A stretch of 60,962 nucleotides of DNA from a virus (taxonomy: Duplodnaviria; Caudoviricetes). The stretch is taken from positions 1 through 60,962 of IMG/VR virus record IMGVR_UViG_3300023184_000132. One strand, given 5' to 3'. The number at the start of each line of letters is the position of its first letter. Within the stretch, counting starts at the first letter, position 1. Shown here in pieces: positions 19,323-30,800 of the stretch. The position numbers and the translations under genes were made by a program. The notes under the pieces are model-generated. The model saw only the letters and a program-made list of their open reading frames with translations. It had not been told where the DNA came from and made no database searches.

Positions 19323-21796
19323 AACTGAAAAAGAACTTTAATTTCTTCTCTTTGTTCAATATTCCTTTTAATAGGTTGCGTGTTCTGTATGTAGACAAGT
19401 TCGCCCGACCGATACTGTAACTCTTCTTCGTGTAAAACTGTACCGACTTTAGCGTTTGCGGTCAGGGCTCCTCGGTCAATAAACTCTAAGTTTGTGTTGT
19501 TAAACGATCCTTTTACACCTGAAAGTCTTAAAGTTCCTCCAGTAGAACCCACAGGATTTACAGACCATTCTACTACTAGACCTGTTCCTTGTGTTGTTCC
19601 TCCTGTTACTCCTCTTACCAACTGATCAGAAACAAAAGAAGATCCGAAAAATGGATTGGCAGCGCTAGTAAGAAGAGAAAGAGTGGTTGTTTGATCGTAG
19701 ACCGATACTGAATTTTTAGTAATTTCTCCAATATCAATTATTTTTGCAGTTCCCGATGCACCAGTTATACCAGAATTTGGCACCATAAAGAAGTTGGATT
19801 CTACCAACTTTTCTAATCTTGTTGGAATTTTGGTAGCGTCCTCAATATACAAAGTTCCCAATGCATTATTTCCTGGCGCAGTTTGCCAACTATTAATTAT
19901 ACCAGTAAACCTAGAATTTGATATGTTGTTTTCTCTGTTACCAATGCTGTTTACCCACAATCCTGGTCGAAAATCCAATCCATCTCCTCTAAATTCCGAA
20001 CCTGATGCTCCTGATGCAGGAGTAATTTTAAGACGAAGAAGTTCTCTTCCTTCAGTTCCTGCAACGATTCTTTGATCTATATCAACAATAGTAAAATTTC
20101 CACTACTAGCAGAACCTGTCGTGGACGAAACAATACCGTCACAAAAGAACGATCCACCTGTAACAGATTCCACAATAAGTTCGGAAGATCCATAGTATCC
20201 TGTAACTCCGCTACTCCAACTTACTATGTTTCCTCTGGCAGGACTAAATCCTGTTCCTCCTCCCGATCCTGTCAACCCTTGAGTCAAAACTGAATTTGTC
20301 TTGAAACTGCCTGAAAGACCCCATTCCTGAAAACGGAGTCGTGTTTGTGGTTTCTTGAGAAGAGGGTTTTTTACTATTCCAAACTGTCTGTAATCGTTAT
20401 TAACTGACAATTTGCTGCGTTCGTTTTGATCAAAATCTAAAACTACCATCATTGCGGCAGCACCCAATTCTCTTACCGCATCTTTTCCGTGGCCTCCTGG
20501 AGGAGACAGTACAATATTTGCAGCATCGTTTATACTTCCAGTTCCTGTGAATCCTGCAGTAAAAGTTAATCCTTTTACCATATTAAACTCTGCTCTGCTG
20601 TAACCGTATCCTGTGTCTACCATCTCAAAAGAATCTATCAGAGTTTGGTTGTAAATGTTTGTAACATTGCAGGAATCTCTAGAAGTGGTTAAGCCAGGCC
20701 CAAACTTGATGGTTATGTCTGCTTCTTTAAAATTATTAAGATAATTATCTCTAGAACTTCCGTCACCAATTATTTCCAAATTTGGAACTATAGAGAATTT
20801 ACTTGCGTTTGCACCACTTCCTGATAGACCAATAGTTAATGGACTGTCTAGGGTAATATTTCCGTAATTTCCTATAGGACTGTAGGTATACGATTTGATA
20901 ATTCTTCTTTGGCCCTCGCCTGCTCCAGAATCTACAGAAAACACCAAATTATTGTAGAAGTTATTGACACCAATCAGAAACGGACTGTATATGCGAACAG
21001 ATCCTGAATACCCGTCAATATAGTTTTGTTGAACGCTATTTCCGTTGTCTGGCAAAACACAATTTACTGCTGTAAGATACGGACGATACTGTTGCTTTAA
21101 TTCTACAAACGAAATTTCTCCGTCTATTGCTGCTTCCTGTACATTCCACTGCAAAGATCGTTCTTCGTCTACCAATTTCAAGTAGTCTACATGCTCTACT
21201 GGAATGTATCCTTGAACAATAATTCTTTGAAATGCTGCAGAAAAACTAGAAGTTTCGTCATATACAGTTTTTGTAATAAACTTTCGTTTACTTTCAGGAA
21301 TCATGTATAAAAATTTCCAACGATATCCGTCAGACAATTTTCGTATTTCTGGATCTGTATGGGTAGGAGCAACAGAAGAGGGAGAATTATAGTAATTATC
21401 AATACACTTGTACACTCTAGTTTCGTCTACTATTACATAAAACCTGACAGGATAAGTAGGATCAAACAAATCAGACGAATATCTGTAAGATTCGTATACT
21501 GAACCCAATTTCCAATCAAATCTTGGTATGACTAAGGATAAATTGTCTTGTGTCAACCGCTTTGCTGCAACTATATTTTCCCAAAATTGGGTTTCGGTAT
21601 CGTCAGTATCCTCTGCCATAGGAACTGGACTAGCATAGGTGGAACTCAATCCTGCTGCTACTTCAGTTTCCCAAGGAGTAATTCTTCCTATTGTTAAAAA
21701 GTAATTATTTTTTGAAAATATTGATATATCTGAAAGAACTATATCGGATAAGTGTCTTCTGAAGTTTTGTCGTATTGGTGAGCAGGAGGAGGACAT
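19319..21796 (-). CDS. gp8: Baseplate wedge subunit gp8
   Basis: IPRFDW..G..Y..Y, RVYKCIDN...S.VAPT, DGYRWKFLY, PPGGHGKDAVRELGA, NDYRQFGIVKNP, SGELVYIQN..PI.R...Q.EEIK. Confidence 0.9.
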   Translation of the reverse strand: MSSSCSPIRQNFRRHLSDIVLSDISIFSKNNYFLTIGRITPWETEVAAGLSSTYASPVPMAEDTDDTETQFWENIVAAKRLTQDNLSLVIPRFDWKLGSVYESYRYSSDLFDPTYPVRFYVIVDETRVYKCIDNYYNSPSSVAPTHTDPEIRKLSDGYRWKFLYMIPESKRKFITKTVYDETSSFSAAFQRIIVQGYIPVEHVDYLKLVDEERSLQWNVQEAAIDGEISFVELKQQYRPYLTAVNCVLPDNGNSVQQNYIDGYSGSVRIYSPFLIGVNNFYNNLVFSVDSGAGEGQRRIIKSYTYSPIGNYGNITLDSPLTIGLSGSGANASKFSIVPNLEIIGDGSSRDNYLNNFKEADITIKFGPGLTTSRDSCNVTNIYNQTLIDSFEMVDTGYGYSRAEFNMVKGLTFTAGFTGTGSINDAANIVLSPPGGHGKDAVRELGAAAMMVVLDFDQNERSKLSVNNDYRQFGIVKNPLLKKPQTRLRFQEWGLSGSFKTNSVLTQGLTGSGGGTGFSPARGNIVSWSSGVTGYYGSSELIVESVTGGSFFCDGIVSSTTGSASSGNFTIVDIDQRIVAGTEGRELLRLKITPASGASGSEFRGDGLDFRPGLWVNSIGNRENNISNSRFTGIINSWQTAPGNNALGTLYIEDATKIPTRLEKLVESNFFMVPNSGITGASGTAKIIDIGEITKNSVSVYDQTTTLSLLTSAANPFFGSSFVSDQLVRGVTGGTTQGTGLVVEWSVNPVGSTGGTLRLSGVKGSFNNTNLEFIDRGALTANAKVGTVLHEEELQYRSGELVYIQNTQPIKRNIEQREEIKVLFQF

Positions 21797-21802
21797 ATAC
21801 TT

Positions 21803-21810
21803 TATTTATA
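21803..21810 (-). promoter_or_regulatory. T4 late promoter consensus TATAAATA
   Basis: Exact consensus in the gp7-gp8 gap, 6 nt before the gp8 ATG. Confidence 0.7.
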
Positions 21811-24800
21811 TCAAATCAATTGATAATTAAATTCCTTTATTGTGGTGCTGCCTGCAATAACGGCATTTGATGTGTTTCGGAAATAGATCTTCAGTCTATA
21901 GATGCAGTTATTGTTTGGAATTTGAATTCCTTGGTAGGCAAAAGACCCACCAAACACTCCTCTGCCTAAACTTACAGCACCTGGCTCTGACAATGGGTGT
22001 TGTGGGTTTATAAACGGAAAAGTGATTTTTACAGTGTTTGCAGAAGTTGCCATTGGCCCAACTGATGCCATTTGGTACTCTTTACCTGTGGAATCCACGA
22101 TAAACAAATCTGCCCACATGCTTATTGCTGCATAGTAACTAAGATACAGCATGGTAGACAATCCTGCTGAACTTCCAGTCTCACTTATAACACCAGTAAC
22201 ATCAATGTAAATTGATTTGTTGTTGGGTAAACTGCCCACAATATTGTTGGAATCTGTGCTCCAATCTGCACGATCAACATATACTCCGTTTATAGTGGTA
22301 GCCTTTACTTGAGGAACTGGTGGTGGCTGAACATCGGAATTCTTGCAGTCAAATTCAGGCCCAACAGGCATGGTTAAGAATGATCTGATTGTAACTTTTC
22401 GGAAATCGGAGTATGCAATTTCTTTACCTATATTTAAAAATTCACTAATACCACCTGTTTCTCCGCCAGTTCCTCCGTTAGCATTGCAACCACAAGTTTC
22501 TTTGCAATATGTGTGGTTTAGTCTATATGCGTATACGCAATCCGCAGGAACGCACTGACTGCAATTTTGGTAAGGTTCTTGAGTATTGCAATTCACACAC
22601 AAATCACAACCGTCTCCTACGCATCCTCCTGCAACGCAAGCATTACAATCTTGAGTTGAAGTGCATCCACACTCATAGCAGAATTCGTGATTTATGTTGA
22701 ATTGGTCATTACACTCGTTTTGTGTACACTGATTACACAGGGTATACCTTTGTTGACACCCGCAACCCAAACAAAAATCGTGATTTATAGAAGTATCAAA
22801 ATCGCAATCGCCTTGCAAGCACTCGTTGCAGTTTGTGTATTTTCCGTCTCCACCTCCACCATAACAATCAGGACACTGTGTTCTGCAAAGAATACCGTTG
22901 CAATTTAATCGTAAACACTCTGCACAATCTACTACTTCAGAAACACATCCGCAAGTTTTGCAGAATTGATTATTAACACTTGATACATCATCACAGTCTA
23001 ATTGTGTGCATTGATTGCAATTGCTGTAAATATTTGAGCATCCACAATCCACACAAAACTGATGGTTTGCACTAGAAGTAATACCACAATCTCCTGTTGT
23101 ACACTGGCTACACAGGGAGTATCGTTGATCGCATCCTCCACAGTTGTAGCATCCAGAGCAACCAACGCAATCGTATCCACCAGTTATATTAAAGCAATCG
23201 TAAATTTCCGAACAGCATCCGCACCCTGTGCATCCTGTTGCTCCTGTTATACCACACCCTGTGCATCCTGCACACCCTGAACATCCCTTACAGTCGTAAA
23301 TTCCTGTAACCGTATTGTAACACGGTAAGTCCAACCATGTGCTGCATACCGCGCAACCAGTAGGCCCTGCGGATACTCCTGTAATTCCACACCCTGTACA
23401 ACCACCGTATCCTGAGCATCCCTTACAGTCGTAAATTCCTATAAAGGTGTTCCAACACTGAGTTCCGTTTGCAGTTATACCGCAGCAGTTTGCACCTGTG
23501 CAGGAAGGCTCTATTACAGAACATCCTGTGCATTGCCAGCATCCTGAGCATCCTACACAATCGTAGGCAGATGGAATATTTGTTGTATAGCACGGATCTA
23601 TTTGAGAACAACGAGCACATCCTGTTGCAGGTGCAGTTACTCCACACCCTGTAAATCCAAAGCATCCTGAACATCCTATACAATCTTTAAGTCCTGTTAC
23701 TCTGTTGTAACCACCAGTCATGCATTTTTGGCATGGTACACTAGCAGTTCTGCCACAACCTGTGCAACTTGCACACCCTGAGCAACCCACACAGTCGTAA
23801 AAACCTGTAACAATATTAAAGCATGCTCCTGTGGTACTAGAACTGCAGCAACCACAACCTGTGCAAGAAGTGGGGCCTGTAACACTGCAACCAATACAAC
23901 CGTGACAACCTGAGCAACCTTTGCAATCATATATTCCGTTAACAGTAAAGCATGGATTTGTTGGACTACACAATGCACACCCTGTTAGACTTGCAGTCAT
24001 TCCACAACCAGTGCAACCGTTAAACCCTGAGCACCCTAAACAATCGTACATGCCAGTTACAATATTAAAGCAAAGTGTTCCGTTTCCTGTAGTACCACAG
24101 CATGCAGTTCCTCCTGAACCAGAGCATCCTGTAGACCCTGTTGTTCCTGTCATTCCACATCCTGTGAATCCAAAGCATCCTGAACATCCTATACAATCTT
24201 TAAGTCCTGTTACTCTGTTGTAACCACCAGTCATACAGCACTGACATCCAACACAAGGAGCAATAGTAGTGCAACCGTCACACCCAAAGCATCCTGAGCA
24301 ACCCGCGCAGTCATAAATTCCCGCAAGAGTATAGCATGGAAGGTCGGCACGACACAAATTACAGCCAGTTGCTCCTGTTGCTCCTCTAGAACAACCAGTA
24401 AACCCATGACATCCTGAGCAACCTTTGCAGTCATAAATTCCTTGTACTGTGTATCCTAGATTTGTTGAACTACACAAGGCACATCCTGTTGCTCCTGCGG
24501 TTTGACCGCATCCTGTACAACCGTAACATCCTGAGCAACCCTGACAATCTAATTGTCCTGTCCAAACATTTACGCACGGCACTCCATAGGAGCAAGATTC
24601 GCATGGATCGGTTGGTGTTACTTCGCACCCTGTGCAACCACCGTATCCTGAACAACCCGCACAGTCGTAAATTCCGTAGAAAGTGTTAAAGCATTGTGTG
24701 CCGTTTGCAAGCAAACCGCAACAAAGAGCTCCACTGCAAGTTGCACCAGTTACACCACAACCAGTACACCCAAAACATCCTGAGCACCCTTGGCAATCGT

Positions 24801-27800
24801 AAATTCCTTGTACAGTATAGCATCCGTTTTGGCAACAGGCACAACCAGTACAAGAGCAGTTTCCTGTTTCTGTGAGTGTCCCACCGTAAATATAATCTTG
24901 CTCTATTGGTTCAAACACAACAGGAATCAATCCCATATCAATAACAGACTTGATGATTGGCCCTCGTGCCATTTTTATTTCGTGCGCGCAACCACTGCTG
25001 CCACGAACTACTAGGTCTATAGAATTAGAAAAATTCATTCCGATCCAAGTTTCGTGATCTGGTGTGAAATAATTTGCAAGACCAAAAGAAGAATCTACTT
25101 GAGTTATTCCACTAGGCGAATAAAAATCAATATAAGTAGGATTCATTCTGTGTAGATAATCGCAAGCTCTTCCTTCAGTAACATATTTAATGGATGGATG
25201 AGAAACAGTTGTAATTAGAGAGTAATTATCTACGGTACTTGGACTTACTGCTGAAAACTTATTCCAAGCATCTAATCCAGCTATTCCCTTAGATATTCCA
25301 CGAGTATTATTTGTTATATTATCCACAATACTTAAATTGTTTTGAAGAATAGTAACATCAAAACCAGTAGAACCCATTGGATACAAATTAGAATTGTCAA
25401 ATTCTATATTGGAGTATATACTATTTCCTAACCAAAATCCTACTTGTTTTGTGTCATCTAAAGCGTCTACCATTGTTTTCATAATGGTTTCTGCATTGTC
25501 CATATTATTAGTAATAGAAGAGGTTACTCCTGTTGGGGAAGTGTATACTCTGTTTGGTTCTGTCCAGTGTGTAACAGATCTTGGTGGATAGTTTGCGCCT
25601 ATTTTGTAGGAAAGACCACTTGGTGTCCATATCATGGCACGATCCCAACCCTTATTTTCTAATTGGTCTTTAATATATGCAGCAACACCAGTGTATCCAA
25701 TGGTATTAGGATAACCACCGACAAGAGTATAGTTTACACTATTTTTGTCCCATCCGTATGGGTTATAATTTGATGCTGTTGGACTTGGTTCGATAAGGTG
25801 TTCTAATGCTAACGGTATTCCTCGAACTGGACGATAGTCGGGTATGTAAGTTTGTGGAGGATACCTACGATCTAAAAATTCTTTATAAGGAGTAAGTGTT
25901 TCTATTACTGCTGCAGAATCTGTTCCTATTCCGATAGAACCCATTCCTATTAGATTTGCTTGAAATCCTGCTACTGGTGGAATTTTTGCAAATTTTATAA
26001 TTACTTTATAGGTTTTGCTTTGACCTGCTGCTAATTTTGCTTGTCCGTTTTGCGTAATTTGACTTTCGTTCCATGTAGCAATCTGAAAACTAAATCTGTC
26101 TTGATATGCTTTATAAAATGCGTTTCCTTGTTGTGCTAATATAACACTCGGTGCATCTTGTGGAGGAAACGCAACCAAAGAAATTTCGTGATTGTCGTCG
26201 GAAGGAGAATACTCTGTAAGTGCTACACTAACAGCAAAATTATTGTCCACGCAACATTCACCACTAAATTTAGTTTTTGCAAGATGAATTGGAGAATACA
26301 GTTGACTTGGATAATTTGAAGAAAAAAGACGAGAATTTTTATCTAAGTCTATAAATGCACCCACTCCTGATCCAAAAGAACCAGCGTTAATTCTTGTGTC
26401 AAAATAAGAAACACTTTCTCCTAGATCCATTGGTGGTAAATCTGGCCACGCCATGTATTTTTCCGTGGTGCATGTGTTGTTATAGGCATAACTTATTTCT
26501 AAAGAATTGTCTGCGTCATTTTGTGCCACACTTATACTAGGAGCAATTTCCGCAGAAGAGCAAGAGGTTGGTGTAGTTTTTGGTTTCCAACCATTAATAA
26601 TATTTCTGTTACCAGGCCCGTATACATTCCATGCGTTTTCTATGGCATTGAATTGAATACTAAAGTCTCCGTCCAATCCAGTATTGTACAAACCATTCCA
26701 ATAAGTAAGTGCAGCAGACCACTGAGAAGCACCCATATTGTCTATCATACTCCACACATGGTCTACTTCTGCTGCTGTTGTTCTTTGGAAATTACCACTT
26801 GCTTGACCGTAGGTTACCAATTCAAAGGTTGCTCCCACCGCACCAAAACTAATAATGTCTCCAGGAGTAAATATGTGTCCCCATTTTGGTCGTTGGTTTG
26901 TAGGAGAAGGATCGGTGTTTGCAGAAATTTTGGCTAATTCTGCAAAAGTTCCTACAGGATTGGGTACACCCATGCTTGTTGGGTACGGAGCATTTCCACT
27001 TGTCATTCCGTGCGTGATTCCGTCCATCATCATAAGGTCTCGGTCACGATTCTCGTAAGGAGGAATACCATCGTAATTTACGGTAGTACTACTGAACCAC
27101 ATACTGCTATCAGCTCCTTCATACTGACCAAAAATTGGGCCACCAACAAAGAAGTACGGTTCTACTGCAATTTCTACTTCGTTTGGTTTGTTAGGAACTG
27201 ATCTTACTGCTTTAACATAACCAATTCTGTCTGCCGTATTCCATCCCTTATCTTTATAAGAGTTTCCGTCAGAATATGAAAATACAGTGGACGATCCTGT
27301 TAATGAATTAAACAGGGGATTTGAAATAATAGCACCAGTTACTCCTACTCCTGCTCTCTTTCGGACAGGATTGGTTGGTCTTTTGTCGTCTGCTGGTCTT
27401 GTGTCGCGATGATTAAACGCAAAAGTAGTTCCAGGCACCATACCCATAGGAATTGTCCACCTTCCGTCATTAGATGTTTTCTTTACACGAAAATTCCATT
27501 CACGAAGTCTTGACCAATCCAAAACCTTTACGGCAGGATTATCGGTATCTGGCACAAACCATGTAGGGAAAGTGGAACTTAAATACGAATATTTGTGGGG
27601 TTCTAGATAGTTGTATTGTGCAGCATATTGACCAGTAACTCCATCTAAAAATGCTTGATACGCAACAAGATTTTTACGACAATGGTACATTAGACTGCTT
27701 GTTTCTAAGGGTAGAGGAGAGGATGATGTTGGCCATGTAGGAGAAATGTCTCCTCCTTGCCACGGATCACCGTCATTAAATTGACCTCCCGCAATGCGCC

Positions 27801-30800
27801 AACTAACTCTAGCAGTACCATTTTTTCCTACAATATGACTGCCGCCTGTGGGTGCTCCTGGTCTACCGAATGCTGTATTCCAATCCCAATAAGGTTCGTA
27901 TCCGTGTCCTAGTGTGAATGGATTTTTTTTCCAATCTATAACATTTCCGTTCGCATCCATTACTTCTACAGTTTGTGGATTTTCTATACTAATTCCTAAT
28001 CCAAACTGACAAGCATAAGTTTGCTCGCCTGTCCACATGTAAAAACCGTCTACTGCTCCTTTGCTTTGTCCAGAAAGAGAAGGAGCGATATATAAATCTA
28101 CAAATTGGTTTGGTGTATAATAACTAAGATCTTGGACAGAGGTTATATACGCACCGTAAGTTAAGCCTCTAGCGTATCCACCGTCACCAGTACCTTGCGT
28201 GAAGGCCTTGTTAGAGATAAAAGGAAGAATGTATTTTTTGGTAGGCTCAATTCCTGCGTCTGACTGCTCTTGAAATATTTGACTTTTCCAACTTGACAGC
28301 ATTGAAATAGTTTGGCTTGCGATAAATTTCTCAAAAACCAAATCTCTAGTAGCAGTATAGAAAGAAGGTTGCCAACCAGACACCGCCTTGCAAAAAGGAT
28401 ACCATTTTTCTTTGTGTAGTTTTTTAGAAAACTCTGTATTTTCTACTGCTTGGTTTGGATATACAGTGCTGTATAGGTTTCTTCTTGCTTCTACAGATGC
28501 TTGTCCCACCACTCTGTTTGGATCTAGTGAGTGCAAAACTATTCTGCCGTCCCAAACACAGGTCGGACAAGTCGCAGAAGGAGCATAAGAAGTGTAAGTA
28601 AGACCTGACGGTAAAGTAAGTGTTTCTCCTATTGATCCTCTTGCAAATTCGCCTCTTCCTCGGAATCCAGGATATCCATAATAATTCTGAATATTTCTAG
28701 GTGCTACGCCTGGATGACCGTAATTTGCAAATATGGCATTTGGAAAATTCTCTTGTAATCCTCCAAAAGTTGTTCCGTCTGGACTGACTCCTCCAACAAA
28801 CATAGGAATTAAAATTTTATCTCTAATAAAATTACCCACAGAATTTGGATTGTCTGGATCTGCTATTCCTTCAGACTCGGAAAATAAAGCATCCCAACTC
28901 TCAGTGTTCATGCTAATAAGACCAGTATAGTCTGCAGGGAATGGGTTTAGATTATCCCATCCTCCACCAGAAATTCCATTCCAATCTGGTCGTATCTCGC
29001 CCCTCAAGGATCTTACCATTTTAGAAACTGCTTCTTTAGTTGTAGCAGTCAAGCCACTTATTCCTAAGTGTCCAGTTTCCTTGCAATTGTTGCACGGTAA
29101 TCCGTATCCACCTGTAACTGAACGATAAGTTAAATAGTGCGAACTTGTTGCAGAATCCCAATAAGCAAAATGGTTATAAGATAATGGAGGAGGAACTACA
29201 GCAGGTGTTGTGAGTAATTTGTTGGGGTCTTGTGACAAATAATTCTTGGTTGTGTCCGACAATCCTCCAGTCTGAATGGTTGCTTGACTAGGAGGAAGTA
29301 TTCCTATTACATTTTTGCCGTCAGCAGAAAATTCGTATTGAGCGGGAATATCAAAATTTACTGCTTTTCCTGCATTGCTTGGATTAGTAGAAAGTAATTG
29401 TGATTCGTTAGAATTGTCGGAACTTAATTTTTCAAAATTCTTTTGACCTGCGTATGTAAACACATTGTCGTAGTAAAATATAGGCAGCAGTTTTCCTGGT
29501 TGAACAAGACTAGATTTGTTTGGAGCAAAAGATACAGTTTGTGGTTGGTAATACGATTGTGTATAATCTTTAAGAGGATTATAATTCAGCATAACATATC
29601 GTTCACCAGAAGTAAATCCTCCTGACCACTCCTCTCGGTTTGCAGTAGACGCTTCTGTCCATTCCATCCAGTATCCTGTAGTTCCTGTGGACTGACCTGT
29701 CACTGTCATTCCAATTTGGTTTCTTCCTCCAAGATCAGTTAAGAATTCTGTTTTAAGATCGTATGGAATTCTAGCAACTACTGGCCCACGAATTCTACGG
29801 TTTGGATGCTGATATATGATCCAAAACGGATCTGCATTTTGAAATCCTGCAGTTTTTAGTGCAACCAAAGGATTCATGAATTCTCTTGAAAAAGTTACAG
29901 GATTTCCTATACTTTTATAATACTCTTCTGCGGTGGTGCCGTTCAGCAACGACAATGATATATCTCCCGAATCAATAGTACCGTTCTCGTCTAGGTCGTT
30001 TTGTATAGTCTTGTTGTGTTGCGTTGGATCGTATCCTGCAAGCAATCCTGTATACGGATCAGAAAACCAAGGAGACAAATCGTCGTTGGTTATGAATGTA
30101 TATGGAGTATAGTGACCAATAATAGGAACATCGTACTCAAAAAGAGAAGTGCTTTGTTGAAGATCCGCAACCGCACACCGTTTAATTTGAACCTTACCAA
30201 AGAATGCTAAGCCTGCAGGATTCAACAATCGTTTAAGAATGTCTCTGTAACGATCAATTGTTACTTCACTTAAAATTACATACGAGTAATTTTGATAGAA
30301 ATGATTGTCCTGCATTACTTTGTTTGTGCTTAGTCTGCCGTCATTGTTTGCGTAGTAACCCGCATACTCTGATACTCCACCCACCGAAACAGATCCAGTA
30401 AATCCAGTACCAGATTCAGACGATACAGTAATTGTTGGAGCAATCTTGTAGTTTACTCCAAAGTTGTCAATTATAAATTTGCGTATTTTTCCGTTTGTGT
30501 CCACTTCTCCAACTCTGCCTGCCGCACGAACTCCTGTGTCTCCAGCAGCAGGAGTAAAAATAATTCTGTCCCCTGTTTTATAGCCAGTTCCTGCATCATT
30601 AATTGTAATTTTACCAAGTACAGAAAATACTCTATTTTCTTTACGAACAACCCCGTCTGCATCGGCAAATTCTATACCGTAATTACCAGAAACAAATTCA
30701 CCGTTTACACCACCCAAAAACAGTTCTGATATATCGTTTGTGCCTACTCGATATGTACTAACATCCAACACACGAGCACTAGCAAGGATACCACCGTCAT

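Noticed and set aside
23654-24234. Diversity-generating retroelement TR/VR pair
   Set aside because: The copies are identical and in-frame in one gene, with no adenine-specific mismatches, and there is no reverse transcriptase in the window.
23900-24420. CxxCH motifs (CSGCH) suggesting a multiheme cytochrome c
   Set aside because: Only 2 of 14 gp7 units and the single fibre unit have His there; the position is freely variable (F/Y/W/A). There is no signal peptide for periplasmic heme attachment.
23131-24860. Classical 2[4Fe-4S] ferredoxin call for the CxxCxxC runs
   Set aside because: Spacing is CxxCxxCxxCxxC without the CxxxCP closure, so a ferredoxin annotation is unsupported. Metal binding in general remains open.
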